A stretch of 64,000 bases of DNA from Vicugna vicugna (taxonomy: Eukaryota). Each line of letters begins with the position of its first letter. Position 1 is the first letter of the stretch. The notes beneath the pieces were generated by a model. It saw only the letters and a program-made list of their open reading frames with translations, ran no database searches and was not told where the DNA came from. Below, one piece after another: positions 1 through 12,697 of the stretch. The position numbers and the translations under genes were made by a program. The stretch is taken from positions 5,521,050-5,585,049 of the forward strand of contig MU058781.1 in NCBI GenBank assembly GCA_013265495.1, read 5' to 3'.

Positions 1-2074
1 AGTTCAGGCTCCTCTACATGCCCCCACCCCTCCTCTCACCATTCTCGAATTAAAAATAAATCCTTCCTCCCTTGCCTCATGCGGACAGCTATGCCCACAC
101 CATGTCCCTTGGGATTCTCACCTGCTACCTCAGAGGGCTTGTTGAAGTATTTCTTCCCGATCTATACGGTGGTCTTATAAGAAGATTTCTCGAGAATATT
201 TCCTCCATTCACTGCCTGCCAATGAGCCACTGTTTTGGCCCGTGGTATAAGAAGCCTGTCTGGGGCCTTCTGGTTTTCCATATTCCTAGGACCAGATTAA
301 TCAATATTGTGTGCTTTGTTTGCTTTTTCCTGCCAGTCTTTGTTGTTTACAATTCTTAGTCCCTCGTTCTTATTTCATTTATTCATCCATTTTTGTGAGA
401 TACATTTATCGAGGACCTACCATGTGCCAAGCATTTATTTTATTAAACACAAATATGACAAATTCCCTGTCTCCAAGAACATGGTTAAAACTGAGCCTGC
501 CTTACCTATTTGCTCACCGAGTCCAGGGGAAATAGTTCTGGGTGTTTCCTCTTATACTAAAAAGTAACTACCCGGGTACCATCGGCCTACCCTTTTGGTA
601 GACACTTGGGCAGGCTGTGGCTTCAGTGTCTTGGTTTAGTGGAAGAAATTTTTACAAAATTAAGCCTAAGCCTAACTGAATATTAGACCTAAAGAAATAC
701 CTGAAACCCAGAATAACTAGTTGAAAGTTCAAGAATGGGCTAATTAATTCAATCCATTTGAAACAGATGAAGATACTCTGAAAATAGCCTTCCTTTTATG
801 ACCTTTAAAATGTTCCCATTAAGCCCAAATATTTCTCATCCTTGAATAGAAATACTTTCCTTTAAATATCCTTGAAGTGTTTACCAACCTCTAGAGCTAA
901 ACCCCTATGTACCTTCATTACTTATCAAAGAATGAACCAAATGTTTTGAAATGCTTGTAATATTTTTAAACTACTGTATCAGGATCCAACTTACTTTCTG
1001 ACTCACTGAATTCTAGAAAGAAGAGCACGAGCTGCTTTAAAAAATACGGTGAGTTTTGCTGGTGCTGTCAGGGAAAGAACGGAAGGGAATTAACAGTCAC
1101 TAAGTGTTTCCCTTGTGTCGAGTGCTGGGCGAGGCACTTTGTATGCTGTCTCGTTTAATCCTGAGGGGAAATCTCCTTAAAGCAGATATTGCTGTGTAGT
1201 TGTCCTCACTTCAGAGATAAGGAGACCCGAGGTGAAGACTGAGTCACGTCCGTGACTCCAAAGCTCATTCTCTTTACTGGTGATTCGGTTTAAACAGGGG
1301 ATTTATTTGTCTCCTTACAGAATGAACTTTTCGAGAGTTAATTCATGAGCACTCCCACTCAAACTCGACTGCAGAATTCCAAAGATACTTCGTCTACAGA
1401 TTATTAAGCTACTCAGAATTTCATGGGTAGTTTTGTTTGCATGAGGATTACAGTTAAGACTCATTGGTAGGAGGAAAATACATTTCTTGTGTTTCCTTAG
1501 AGGGGTGAGGAACTGTGGACAGGGTCACTTAGAGTCCTCTATTATCTGACTCTTGTCACATTTTGTGTTAAATAACATCACTAACACAGCAGCTGATGAA
1601 ATCAATCACTTTGAAATTCAAAGAGATTCTAGAGGTAATCTAGTCCGGTATTTTCTCAAATGTTGGTCTGTTTAACACGGCCTTGCTTAACAAGCTGCGG
1701 GAGCTTGTCTGCCATGTTCCTAATTACCTCTATCAGGGCCCCTAATCACCAGAAGGCAGGTGCCGCGCTCATGTTTCCTTAGCTGTCTTATGTCTCAGGA
1801 TCGTTGAATTCGAGTTGCCTGTGGGATCGTCTTGGAAGAATTATATGGTGAACCATTTGTAAATACAATATTGGTATCAGGAGGGAATCAAAGCTTGCAT
1901 TGTTGGTTTTTTCCTTGTGCTTAGCTCAAATAGTTACTTTCAAATATTTGTGCTTAACCCACTTCTCTATAGGTTGATTATTAATTTTTGAGTTGATTAT
2001 TGACTTTTGATTCATGTTCTTACTTTTTTTGGCCTGGGCTTGTGAATTCATTTACAGAATTTTTAAATGAATTA

Positions 2075-2400
2075 ATTTTAAAACATTTTATTTTGAAATA
2101 ATTTTAAGTGTACAGAATTTCCCTCTACCCTTTACCCCAGTTCACCAGCTTTTACCAGTTTCTGTCACCTGCCACACTGAACATGGTGCACGCACACACT
2201 CTCCCTCTCTCTCTGCACACACACAGGTCGGTTTTCTCTGAACCGTTTGGGAGCACTCTGCAGACATCGTGTCCCTTTACCCCTTAATAGTTCAGTGTGC
2301 CTTTTCCAAGACCAAAGCAGTTACCAAATTCAGGAAATTTAATATTGACATAATACTTTAATCTACAATCTTATGTCAATTTCCAGCCCAACAACACACT
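2075..2400 (-). mobile_element. Old L1 3' end fragment, antisense
   Basis: TTTTATTTTGAAATAATTTTAAG...CCCTCTACCCTTTACCCCAG...CAGGAAATTTAATATTGACATAATAC. Confidence 0.5.
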
Positions 2401-3139
2401 GATATTCTTCAGAGGCACTAAGAAAGCCATATGTTATTTTGAAAGCTTTTCACTGTCACAAATTTATTTGCAATGTGGGCTTTTCATAAAGTTTATTCAA
2501 AGATCAACTAACCCATTCCCCTTAAAGAAATCAGTCCAGTCTTAAAACGACCAGGTTTGTGATGATAAATTCCCTTACACGTTCACTGAAGCATCAAAGC
2601 AAAAACAAATTATTTTAGAGGGAAGATTTGGAACTATCTGTTTGCTGTGTGCCAGTGGCCTAAGAGGTGAGGGAAAACCAACCTGTCTCCCACTTCTGTC
2701 AGAATCCTGACATGTGATGGACCCTCTATTTTCTCAATTAATTGCAGAATCCTGACTGATGAATGGGCATTTTTTTTAACCCGTGTGGACCATTTGAAAT
2801 TTAAAATTAGCAATGTAATTCTATTTACTGGGGCACTGATTGAAGGGAAATTGCACTCAGCTGATGAATTTACATGTTGTGAAATGGGTCATGGCAGCAG
2901 ATGGCCTTCCAAGAAGCAGAAAATAACTCTGGACTTGGTTGCTCTTTCTCCTGGCTTCTTTAATTAAACCCTGCTGCCTAAGAGTGTGACTGCTCAAATT
3001 AGGTCAGGGAAATTTGGGGTGTCAGCGTAGATAATCCAAGGGAACTGTGAGTTGTCAAAGAATAATAATTTGATCTTAAAATATATCACCATATACTGAA
3101 ATCTAAGTATAAAACGAATGCTAGGTGTTTAAATCACAA

Positions 3140-3300
3140 TTAACATTTATTTACTAAGTACTCACTGTCACTGGCGCTATTCTAAATACTTTACATGTAT
3201 TGACTTGTTTAATCTGTACCACAAACCTATGAGTAAGGATTATTATAGTCTGCGTTTTACAAATGAGGACATGGGTTCAGAGAGTAAATTGACCAAGTTC
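3140..3300 (-). mobile_element. MIR SINE fragment
   Basis: AACATTTATTTACTAAGTACTCACTGT...TTTTACAAATGAGGAC...CAGAGAG. Confidence 0.6.
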
Positions 3301-3389
3301 TAAATAAATGTCTTTCTCTTTTGTTATATAAAACATTTCACTGAAGCTCTAGGAGATTTTATGTATATTAAGCTCCTAAAGGTCACATT

Positions 3390-4620
3390 TATATAGTGTT
3401 TTCTAAATACCATCTCTCAGTTAAAAAACAAAACAAAATAAAACCGGGGCACCTAGAAGAAATGACTCATTCCAGGTCTGGCACTGGAAATGTACAAGAA
3501 GAACTTAGTACACCTTGTCATACCAAAAAAACGGAAATATATCAAAAGCTATTTGGATTGTGTCAAAAAGATTCGGGAGCATTGGGAAGAGGGACACATT
3601 TGAACACCAGTAAGTGTGATAAATTAAAAAGAAGTTAAACACATAGAATATGGCTAAATCCAGTGGTTCATAATAACAAAACAGTAACACACTGATTCTT
3701 TAAAGGCTCAAAGGAACTAATGCACTACTTGGAAAACTTGTCAGTAGAAAGAATCAAGCTTGTTTTCCTTGCCTTTACTATAGGAAATGTATCTCAATGT
3801 AACCAAGTATTTAATAGAGGAAGTTTCCTTTTACAGAAGTAATCTAGCTAATAAATGAAGTAGGAATGATAGAAATAACACAGTTTGAAACTCCTAACGA
3901 ATTAGTGTTTCCAGGCAGTGATCAACCATGGCTGATAACACCAAGAAAGGGACATTATATAGTGGAAGTATTCCACCCTACCTATATGATAGTCTTGCCA
4001 AAGAAACCAAACCAGCATCTCTTTAAGCCACTGTATCTTACAGAAAACACAGAGGACAGAGGAACATACTAAGAGACACCATGGGGATGTAATCCGGGCT
4101 GGAGGAAACTCAGGACCCAGTTGTTTTTTGTTTGTTTGTTTTGTTTTTTTAAACAATAGCAAGAGCAGAAGTGTAAGGAGGGAGAATTTTGACATTAAAA
4201 CAGATTTAAGAAATTATTATTAACCAATGGTAATATATACACCTTTTGGGATCCTATTTCAAACAAACTGGAAAACAAAATACAGCAAAACAAACTAAAA
4301 TTAGAACATTTACAAACAATTAGGAAAATAGGAACACTGATATTGAGGGATTATAGTTGCAGTTTTTAGGATATGATGGTATTGTAATTATGTTTAAAAA
4401 GAGTCCTTGTCTTCAGAGATACACACACTGAAACTAACTTTCAGATGACATATGTCTACGATTATTCAAAATACTTGCAAGCGGTTGGAGAAATGGGGGG
4501 TGATACAAAGAAAAAGGATAGCTAATGACAATTATTGAGTCAGGTGATAAGTTCATGGAATTCACTATATCATTAATACTACTTTTGCATATGGTTGACA
4601 TATTTCATGTTAAAAGCATG
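3390..4620 (+). mobile_element. Ancient L1 (L1MC-like) 3' UTR remnant
   Basis: Degenerate similarity to L1MC 3' regions, ending ...TACTTTTGCATATGGTTGACATATTTCATGTTAAAAG. Confidence 0.5.
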
Positions 4621-4686
4621 TTTTTAAGGTGGTTCATACATCTAAAATTGGAAGTTTATTTATTTATTTGGCTATATGATATAATG

Positions 4687-4948
4687 CAATGTTTCTTAAA
4701 GTACCTTCTTTGGAACATTAGTTCTGAGGATGTTGATAGATGTCCTTCACGTCACAGGTTCTGCGATTATATTAGAAAACACCAAATTAAACAGGTTTCT
4801 TCACTACTCAGAATTTTAAAGATGTTAATGTAATTCTCCAAGAGGATATGCTGTGTGAGGTTTCCCAGCTTATTTGGTCCATAGAATTCTTTTTCATATA
4901 GCCTTTTGTGGGACTAATGTTCCACAGAACATGTTTTAGCCAACACTG
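4687..4948. mobile_element. Non-autonomous hAT/Charlie element (MER112-like) with long imperfect terminal inverted repeats
   Basis: Left end CAATGTTTCTTAAAGTACCTTCTTTGGAACATTAGTTC aligns with the reverse complement of the right end, CAGTGTTGGCTAAAACATGTTCTGTGGAACATTAGTCC. 262 bp. Confidence 0.7.
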
Positions 4949-5827
4949 GTGTGATGGACTGAACCACAGATGAAGAGTCCTCAGAACTTGATCCTTGTTT
5001 TGACTCTGTTAACGCTAAACTGGGTATAGTATCATCTCCCTGGCCTTCTTTGCCACCTAGGAAAAGAGAGCATGAACAGGTCCCTAGTTATCAGAGATGG
5101 GCTGAGCACTGAAGTTCTCCTGTTCTGCTTCAAGATATGATTTCCTCATCTCTCTGAGCATTCCAAGCATAACTATTTTTAAGTCCTTTTCAGAATGCTC
5201 TTTACAAGTTTATCCAGAATCAGTTTGTCTTCTGATTTTTATTTTTGGAAGCTGTTTTTGTCGTCGTCATGGTTTTTGTTGGCTCAGTGATTGTATTCCT
5301 TGATGTGTTTTGGAATTGAGGTTTGTAGGATAATCTTTGTCTTAGACTATTTCCCCATATCATTTCTATGCTGACCCCTCCCTGTCTGAAGGGTATGCAG
5401 TTGCCTCTATCATTACAAAGTCTGAGTGGGCCTCTTCTGCCCTTTGATGATAATGGTGAAATCACAGATACGAATGGAAACTTTCCTCAGTTGCTGATCA
5501 AGAGGCTGTGTCTATGTCCATCTACCTCCCCAGCTAGGCAGTATTTTATGCACAGTTCTATCAGACAGCATTTTCAACATATTTTTTTCTTGAATCAGAG
5601 ACTCAAGCAGTGAGACTATTCCCAGACTCTCAATTCATGTGAAGCACTGTTAGCACTGTTCATTCTCCAGAAGCTGAATCTTTTTGCCACCCTTTATGCT
5701 TGCATTTCTGTAGTGCAGTGGCCAGTGACTTTAATTCCTGCTTATTGTTCTGTGGTTTTGTTTTGCCATTGGCTTATGGAGACATGTATCCCCATGGAGG
5801 TGTTTGGACCATAAAGTTGTCTGACTC

Positions 5828-6215
5828 TGTAGGCAGACATTTTTGTGTTTACTAAAATCTGTTTCCTCTATTTCCAGGGCAGGAAACTAGATGACATTTA
5901 TAACCTCCTTTGCAATTAGGTATGGCCATATGACTGAGTGATGGTTAAGGAATGTGGGCAGAAGTGATACATGACATTTCTGGGCCTGTCTCAAAAAAAA
6001 AAAAAATTCCATGTCATGTTCCATGCTTGCTTTTTTTGACGTGAAGGACTCTTAAGGGATGAGAGAATTACAGAGTTGAAGGAGCTTGGGCCCCTAAGTC
6101 ACTGCATGGAAGGCAGCCTCTGGACATCTGGTCAAAATTTACGTGAGTGAGAAACTATCTCTTATTATACCACTGAGATTTCAGAGATGGTCTGTTACAG
6201 CAGCGAGCATTAACA
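5828..6215 (+). mobile_element. Ancient MaLR LTR (late MLT1 subfamily)
   Basis: TTGCAATTAGGTATGGCCATATGACTGAGT...GGAATGTGGGCAGAAGTGAT...CACTGAGATTT...GTTACAGCAGC. Confidence 0.6.
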
Positions 6216-9200
6216 ATGCACAATGTCTTCCTAGTTTTGTTTTCTATATTTATGTATTTAAAATGTTCTGTTTTCCTATTTTATATGTTATGCTGTGTGT
6301 TTGGAAGAAAAGGGAATAAATCTATACGGCCATGTTGGCTACATTTCTGATCAGACATTTTGAATAATATCTACATAACATTTTCTATTCTTGATCAAGA
6401 CAAGTATCAATCACAGAGAAATGTGAAACGGTGTTGTCACTGAAAGCTCATAATCATGTTTCTGTGAATTTTATCTCCACCACTTGCAGCAACACACGGT
6501 ACTTGCAGCAAGACACAACTGCCAGGAGCTCTTGATTCATTTGCTGTTATTTTAGGGAACATCAAGTAACAGACTCCTCAACACAAACCTATCAGTTTCA
6601 AACTGCTTGACTAGACATGTCTTTGCCAAATCCCTTTAATATAGGTTACTCCTAGACCAGCACCAGCTTTGTGGCAAGACCCCAAGGTACACTAAATACA
6701 GTAGCCTCCCAAAGCATATCCAGTCAGCTTGTATTTAAGCAAGCCATTCCTTAGCAAGGGAGGGCTGCCCTTGTTTTATCAGGAATAGGCAAGAAATCTG
6801 AGTCATCTTGACCACTCAGGGTAGGTTCTCCCTTGTGGCTCAAACATATGTCTGCTCTTCCTTTGACACACGGCAGCATCTCAAGAGCATACTCAATATG
6901 TTGTCTGAGATTTCTGTTTAGAGATGACAGCAGAGGTAAACGCCTCTGCCTGTCAAGTCTGATTCTGTCACAGAGCATCTCCTGCTGGGGTCTTTTAAAT
7001 TCAGACTGTCTCCTCCCAGCCGTCCTTTCACTTGCTTGCTTCAAATTGTTGTTGGCATCGTTGCACTGTTTCCAAAAAGCAGTTCTGCAGACCACTTTAC
7101 TCTCAGTCCTCCCTTCCCTGGGTGGGGCTGAAGTTAGGACAGAATAAACTCCCACCTAGCGCTGCTGTCGGAGGTTTCCCATAATCTTCTCCTGCATTTT
7201 CTTCTATCATTTTGCTTATTTTCACTTTTTACACTTCTGTTTCCTTTGAGATCCCCCACTGCCTTCCTTTCCTGATTTTTTGGTAATCCTTCATTTCTTG
7301 ATGTGGATAATAAAGGGAAACTTTTCCAACTCCTCCTTAAAGCTCATCTCCCAAAGATGTAACTATAGAACCACGGTTTTGCTTCAGAAGACTAACCGGA
7401 GTAGAACAGCTTTGGGGATTTTGTGTTCATGTGGACTTTTTCATGGGAAGAAGTTTCATGAATTTTATTAGACTCTCAAAGTCAACTGAGATGAAAGAAG
7501 TTTAAGGACCATTATTGTTGTCAAACTAGTTTTTCCTGCAACGTCCTAGAAGTGAGGGGTGGAGAAAGCTCTTAGGATCAGTTATTGTAGTTGACAACAA
7601 AGTTTGTCTTTGGTGGGTGCTTCTGTCAATCTCACCAGTAAAAAAAATAGATCTTTGAACCAAAAGCCTTGAACTTTCTTAAATTTGATAACAAGGGGGA
7701 AAAATCATGAGCATGGTTAAAGACTTAAGACTGAAATGTAATTCTTGCTCTGTTTCAATTGCAGTAAAAACTCTTTCATTGTGAGTTAAGCAGTGAGATT
7801 AGAAGAAAGGACAAGAGCGACAGAGCAGGGTAGCCCTCTTTGAAAAGCTCGGTTTGAATTATTTAAAAATCCTAATTACAAATTTAAAGTATAACTGCAA
7901 TCATTTTATTACATGCATCATATAAATTAAAAATATAAATGGTCACTAATAAAGGAAAGTGAGAGAGGTTAATGAAGAGATTACATTTCAAAGTAATGAC
8001 ATTAATCAGTCCTAAGCCTTCAGTGTATTAACATAAAAGAGTTAGTTCCTTCTAAGAAATCTTTATTAAAGTTTTTTTTTTATGTCGTAAGTCTCCTCTG
8101 CCACTAATTTTATGAAAGGTCACCCCACTTTCCTTCCCAGTTGTTCATGCAACTTCTCCTGTGGAGTAATATGTTCATTTTCCATTTCCATGACTTTCTT
8201 GGGGTTTGGCCTCACCAGATGTCCTCACAGATCTGTATTTTTGCTTCTGCCCTCTGGGCATTTGTTACTGACCCCCTCAAGTCACGATTACCAAGTGTCT
8301 GATCATTTGGTGTCTAAGAGCTGGATAGAGCTGGCATCCTCCTGATGACAAATCCTTAGCTGGAAGCCAAGCCTAGTCAGAGCCCAGATGTTTCTTCGGG
8401 CCCCTTTTTTTTTGCTTGACTCTCTCTGCTGTCAACATTCCTTACTGTGAGCCCAACTGGCTTCTCTCTCTCCCTGTCTTCACTTCATGAGCATTGCCTT
8501 CCAGAACTTTCTTTCCCCGGTAAATCTGCTGCAGAGTCCCAACGGCAGTAGGGGCACAAGACACCACACGTAGAGAACAGAGAGGAAAATGCTCCCAACC
8601 AGCCCCAGGTTCAATTTTAACCACACCGTTTGCTCCCTTTTCCTGATCAGATTGTTAGCAGGACTTGCCCACACTTGGCAAAACTTCTTTTATCCTCTTT
8701 TCATTCTTTCTACTGTTTGGGATCCCCTGAGCAGCAACATCACCAAAAGTCAGGAAAACTTTAAAAGGGAAGAGAGGCCCAAGGCCAGTGAACCCATGAA
8801 ATGGACAATTGGCCCCTGAATAACCAGGATCTGACTGTACAGTAAACAACCCCCTCTCCTTTCTGGGAGCCAAGAGCCAAGCACAGCCAAAACCTCTCTC
8901 TGCAGGAGATCCGAGAGATTTCCTTCTGCACACACCCTGCTCCCTCAGCCTACCAGGCATTCAGGACTATAAACAATTCCCCTTCATCACAGACACATCT
9001 TTCCTCAGATGAGTAGATTTTCTGGACTTGAATGTGAATGCAACTCACTGGCTTAGAGTTTGCAGAAGTACTGCTTCGTGGCTCTCTGAGTTTGGCCCAG
9101 TGGACAGATTTTACATCTGCTGGCAAAGCGAGGCAGTGGCACTCAGAGGGGCATTTGAAACCACATTTTTTGGCTCATTAAAGCTATTCTACCGATGTTG

Positions 9201-10184
9201 CTCCCCATGTCATTCAACCTATTTTCAAGCCGTTTTCTCAATGGTGCACTTCAGGGAGGTTGGGCATGGATTTTGCAAAAAACTGGATCGTGTCCATAAG
9301 CCTCATCAAAGCCAGTTTATTCTCCAGCCCTGGCAACCTTTGAATAGCTCTTCCACCTTTGCAGTCCCCCCTACAAAGCCTGCTTTGCACAGTTGGCCCA
9401 TGAACCAAGATGTTTATTTCATCTTGTTTTCTGAAGTCATGGGGGCCGCCATGTTGCCCCCAACAAGGGAGCAGGGTCTGTTTCCACCTCACAGCAAAGA
9501 GCCACCACAAACATGCACAAACTCAGAGATCTCTTTGGATAGCTTCCCGAGCCCAGCCAATCAGAGAAGTGCTAGAGGCACAGAATGCTTGAAAGCATCA
9601 GAAAAACATGCCTGACTTGGAGCTGTCTCATTAATTAGGACGGCTTACAGAATTTGTCAATTCCAAGTCCGAGAGGAAAAGAGCTTACTTGGTTGGTAGA
9701 CTGAAAGAGCAGTGATTTTCTTTTCTTTTCTACTTCAACCTGTAACGGGCAGTGTGGAAGGTGGGCAGGAGCTGGGCGGTTTGTCCAGGCTGTGGCTGTG
9801 GTTCTCTGTGTATGTGGGTCCCCACCTCTTCCTCAGTGAGCTCTTCCGTATCCCTCTCTGGCTGAGATCCTAAGGGCATTAGCCCTCACAGAAAGGGTTC
9901 CACATCCAAAGCTGTTCCTCTTCTCTTTCTTCCCTGATATCCCAACACTCAACCTGGGAACACTGTCATAAACTGTCCAAGCACACGCCTGATTAGTGCC
10001 GGAGACTTGTTTTGAAATATACTCAGGGACGTGTGTATCTCTCCATGTGGGTGGTGGGCTGAATATTAAGCATTAACTGGCTGGCTAAAGGTACCGGGGT
10101 ACCTAATTCATCCTCCTGTGATGGCTGATAACAGAAGTTCAGCTCCTTAGACAGTTGAGATACAAATGGCCTTAGCCAGAATGA

Positions 10185-11759
10185 AATAAAGGAATCCAGG
10201 TTAGAGAGGAAGAAATTAAACTATGCCTATTTTCAGACGGCCTCATCTTAGTTATAGAAAATCCTAAGGAATCCACTAAAGAACTGTTAGGATTAATAAG
10301 TGAGTTCAGCAAGGTTATGCAAAAATCAGTTGTCTTTCTATGCAGTAGCAATGAGCAAACCAAAAGTGAAATTAAGAAATGAATTTCATTTTTAATAACA
10401 TTAAAGTAATAAAATACTTAGGAATAAAAATTTAACCAAAAAAGGACAGAACCAGTATACTTTGAAAACTACACACATTGTTGAAAGACATTAAATAAGA
10501 CCTAAAAAAGTGGAAAGATACCCCATGTTCATGGATCAAAAGCCTTAGTATTGTTAAGATGGCTATACTACCCAAATCAATCTACGGATTCAATGCAATC
10601 TCTATCAAAATCCCAGCTGACTTCTTTTCAGAAATCAACAAGGTATCCCCAAAATTTATATTGCGATTGAAGGGGTCCAGAACAACCAAAATAATCTTGA
10701 AAAAGAAAAAGAACAAAGTTGGAGGAGTCACACTTCCCAGCTTCAGCACTTATTGAAAAGCTACAGTAGCCAAGACAGTGTGGTACTGGCATAAGGACAG
10801 ACATAGATCGATAAGATAGATTTGAGAGTCCAGAAATAAACTCTTACATTTACAGTCAATTGACGTTCAGCAAGGATGCCAAGACCATTCAGTGAGGAAA
10901 GAATAGTTTTTCAACATACGGTGCTGGGACAATGGATAGACATATGCAAAAAATTTTAAACTTAAAACAAGAATTTGGACCCTCTCACATGCCATATACA
11001 AATCAGAATGGATCAGAACCTATGTAATAGCTAAAATGTAAAACCTTTGGAGGAAAACATAGGTGTAACTTTTTGTGACCTTGAGTTAGGCAATGGTTTC
11101 TTGGATATGACACCAAAAGTATAAGCAATTAAAGAAAACATAAACTGGGCATAATTAAATTGTGAAACTTCTGTGTTCCAAAGGATACCATCAAGAAAGT
11201 GAAAAACAAACCCACAGAATGAGAGAAAATTTTTGCAAATCGTCTGTGTAAGAGATTTGTATCTATAATATATAAAGAACTATTGCAACTCAACAACAAA
11301 AAGACAAATAACCCATTTTAAAAGTGGACAAAATATCCAAACAGACATTTCTCCAAAGAAGATACACAAATGGCCAACAAGCAGATGATGCTAAACATAA
11401 CTAGCAATCAGAAAATGCAAATCAAAGCTATAGTTAGATACCAATTAACACCCACTGAGATGGCTATAATTTAAAAAGAAAAAAAGCAGAAAATCACAAG
11501 TTTTGGCAAGAAAGTAGAAAAAAAATGGAACCCTCATACACTATTGGTTAGAATATAAATGGTGCGACTGCTTTGGGAAACAGTCTGTCAGTTCATAAAA
11601 TGTTAAACATAATTATCATATGACCCAGCAACTCCATTCCTACATATATACCCAAGAGAAATGAAAACGTATGTCCATGTAAACATTTAGACACTGACAT
11701 TCAAAGCAACATTGTTCATAATAGTTAAAAGTGAAACCGCCTAAACGTCCAACAGTAGA
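10185..11759 (+). mobile_element. 5'-truncated old LINE-1 (L1M type), degenerate ORF2 3' part
   Basis: Peptide [19 protein letters not shown] and motifs such as ACAGTGTGGTACTGGCATAAGGACAGACATAGA and CAGACATTTCTCCAAAGAAGATA are L1 ORF2 hallmarks. Many stops and frameshifts. Confidence 0.92.
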
Positions 11760-12266
11760 TGTACAAGGGTTTTGAAGAGAACAAAACCAATAGGATATAT
11801 TTAAGTGTATATTTAAGAGGAGATTTATTATAGGAATTGTCTCTCATGGTTATGGAGGCCAAAAAGCCCCACAGTCTGCCGTCTGCAGGCTGGAGAACCT
11901 GGAAAGCTAATAGTTAATTCAGCCGGGGCCAAAGGCCTGAGAAGGAGGGGGCTGCTGGCATAAGCCCCAGACCAGAAGGCCTGAGAACCAGGAGCTCTGA
12001 TGTCCAAGGGCAAGAGAGGAAGTACGTCTTAACTCAGGAACAGAGAGAGAAAATTTGTCCTCCCTTTGCCTTTCTGCTCTGTTTGGCCTTTCAACGGATT
12101 AAATGATGTCTGCCCACACTGGTGTGGACAAATCTTCTTTACTCAAGTCTACTGATTCAAATGCAAATCCTGGAAACACCTTCACTAATACACAGAGAAA
12201 TAACATCTTACCAGCTCTCTGGCATCCCTTAGCTCAGTCAAGTTGACAAAAAAATTAACCATCACA
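11760..12266 (-). mobile_element. MLT2-family (ERVL) solo LTR nested in the L1
   Basis: Minus strand begins TGTGATGGTTAATTTTTTTGTCAACTTGAC, like MLT2B, and ends ...TACA. L1 sequence resumes immediately after. Confidence 0.85.
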
Positions 12267-12697
12267 ATGGCCAAGTAAATAAACACAATACAGTATTTCC
12301 ATATAATGGAATATTTTTCAGCCATAAAAAGAAGTGAGGTACTGACACGTACTAAAATATGGATGATCCTTGAAAACAATATGCTGAGTGAAAGAAGCCA
12401 GTAACCAAGGACCACATTATATATGATTCCATTTATATGAAATGCCCAAAATAGGCTAATGTATAGAGACAGAAAGTAGATTATGGATTGCCTAGGACTA
12501 GCAGGGATGGGATGGGGCGGGATGGGGAGTGATGGCTAAGGAGTGTAGGGGATTTCTTCTTAGGGTCATAAAAATATTTTGAAACTGATTGTGATGATAG
12601 ACACATAACTGTGAATATACTAAACGCCATTGAATTGTACACTTCAAATGGCTGAGTTGTGTGGTATGTGAATTGTATCTCAACAATGCTGTTTTTC
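12267..12697 (+). mobile_element. Continuation of the L1: ORF2 end and 3' UTR (L1MB-like)
   Basis: ATGGAATATTTTTCAGCCATAAAAAG, TATATGATTCCATTTATATGAAATG and GAATTGTACACTT...GTGAATTGTATCTCAA. Confidence 0.88.

Noticed and set aside
6751..7155. Overlapping 134- and 104-aa ORFs
   Set aside because: No recognisable homology and non-ATG starts.
9028..9615. 195-aa ORF on the + strand
   Set aside because: Starts at TTG, has no recognisable family motif and no supporting exon structure. Most likely a chance ORF.
10559..10756. L1 ORF2-like peptides here and at 39443-39685 as functional genes
   Set aside because: Short fragments of truncated, frameshifted L1 copies.
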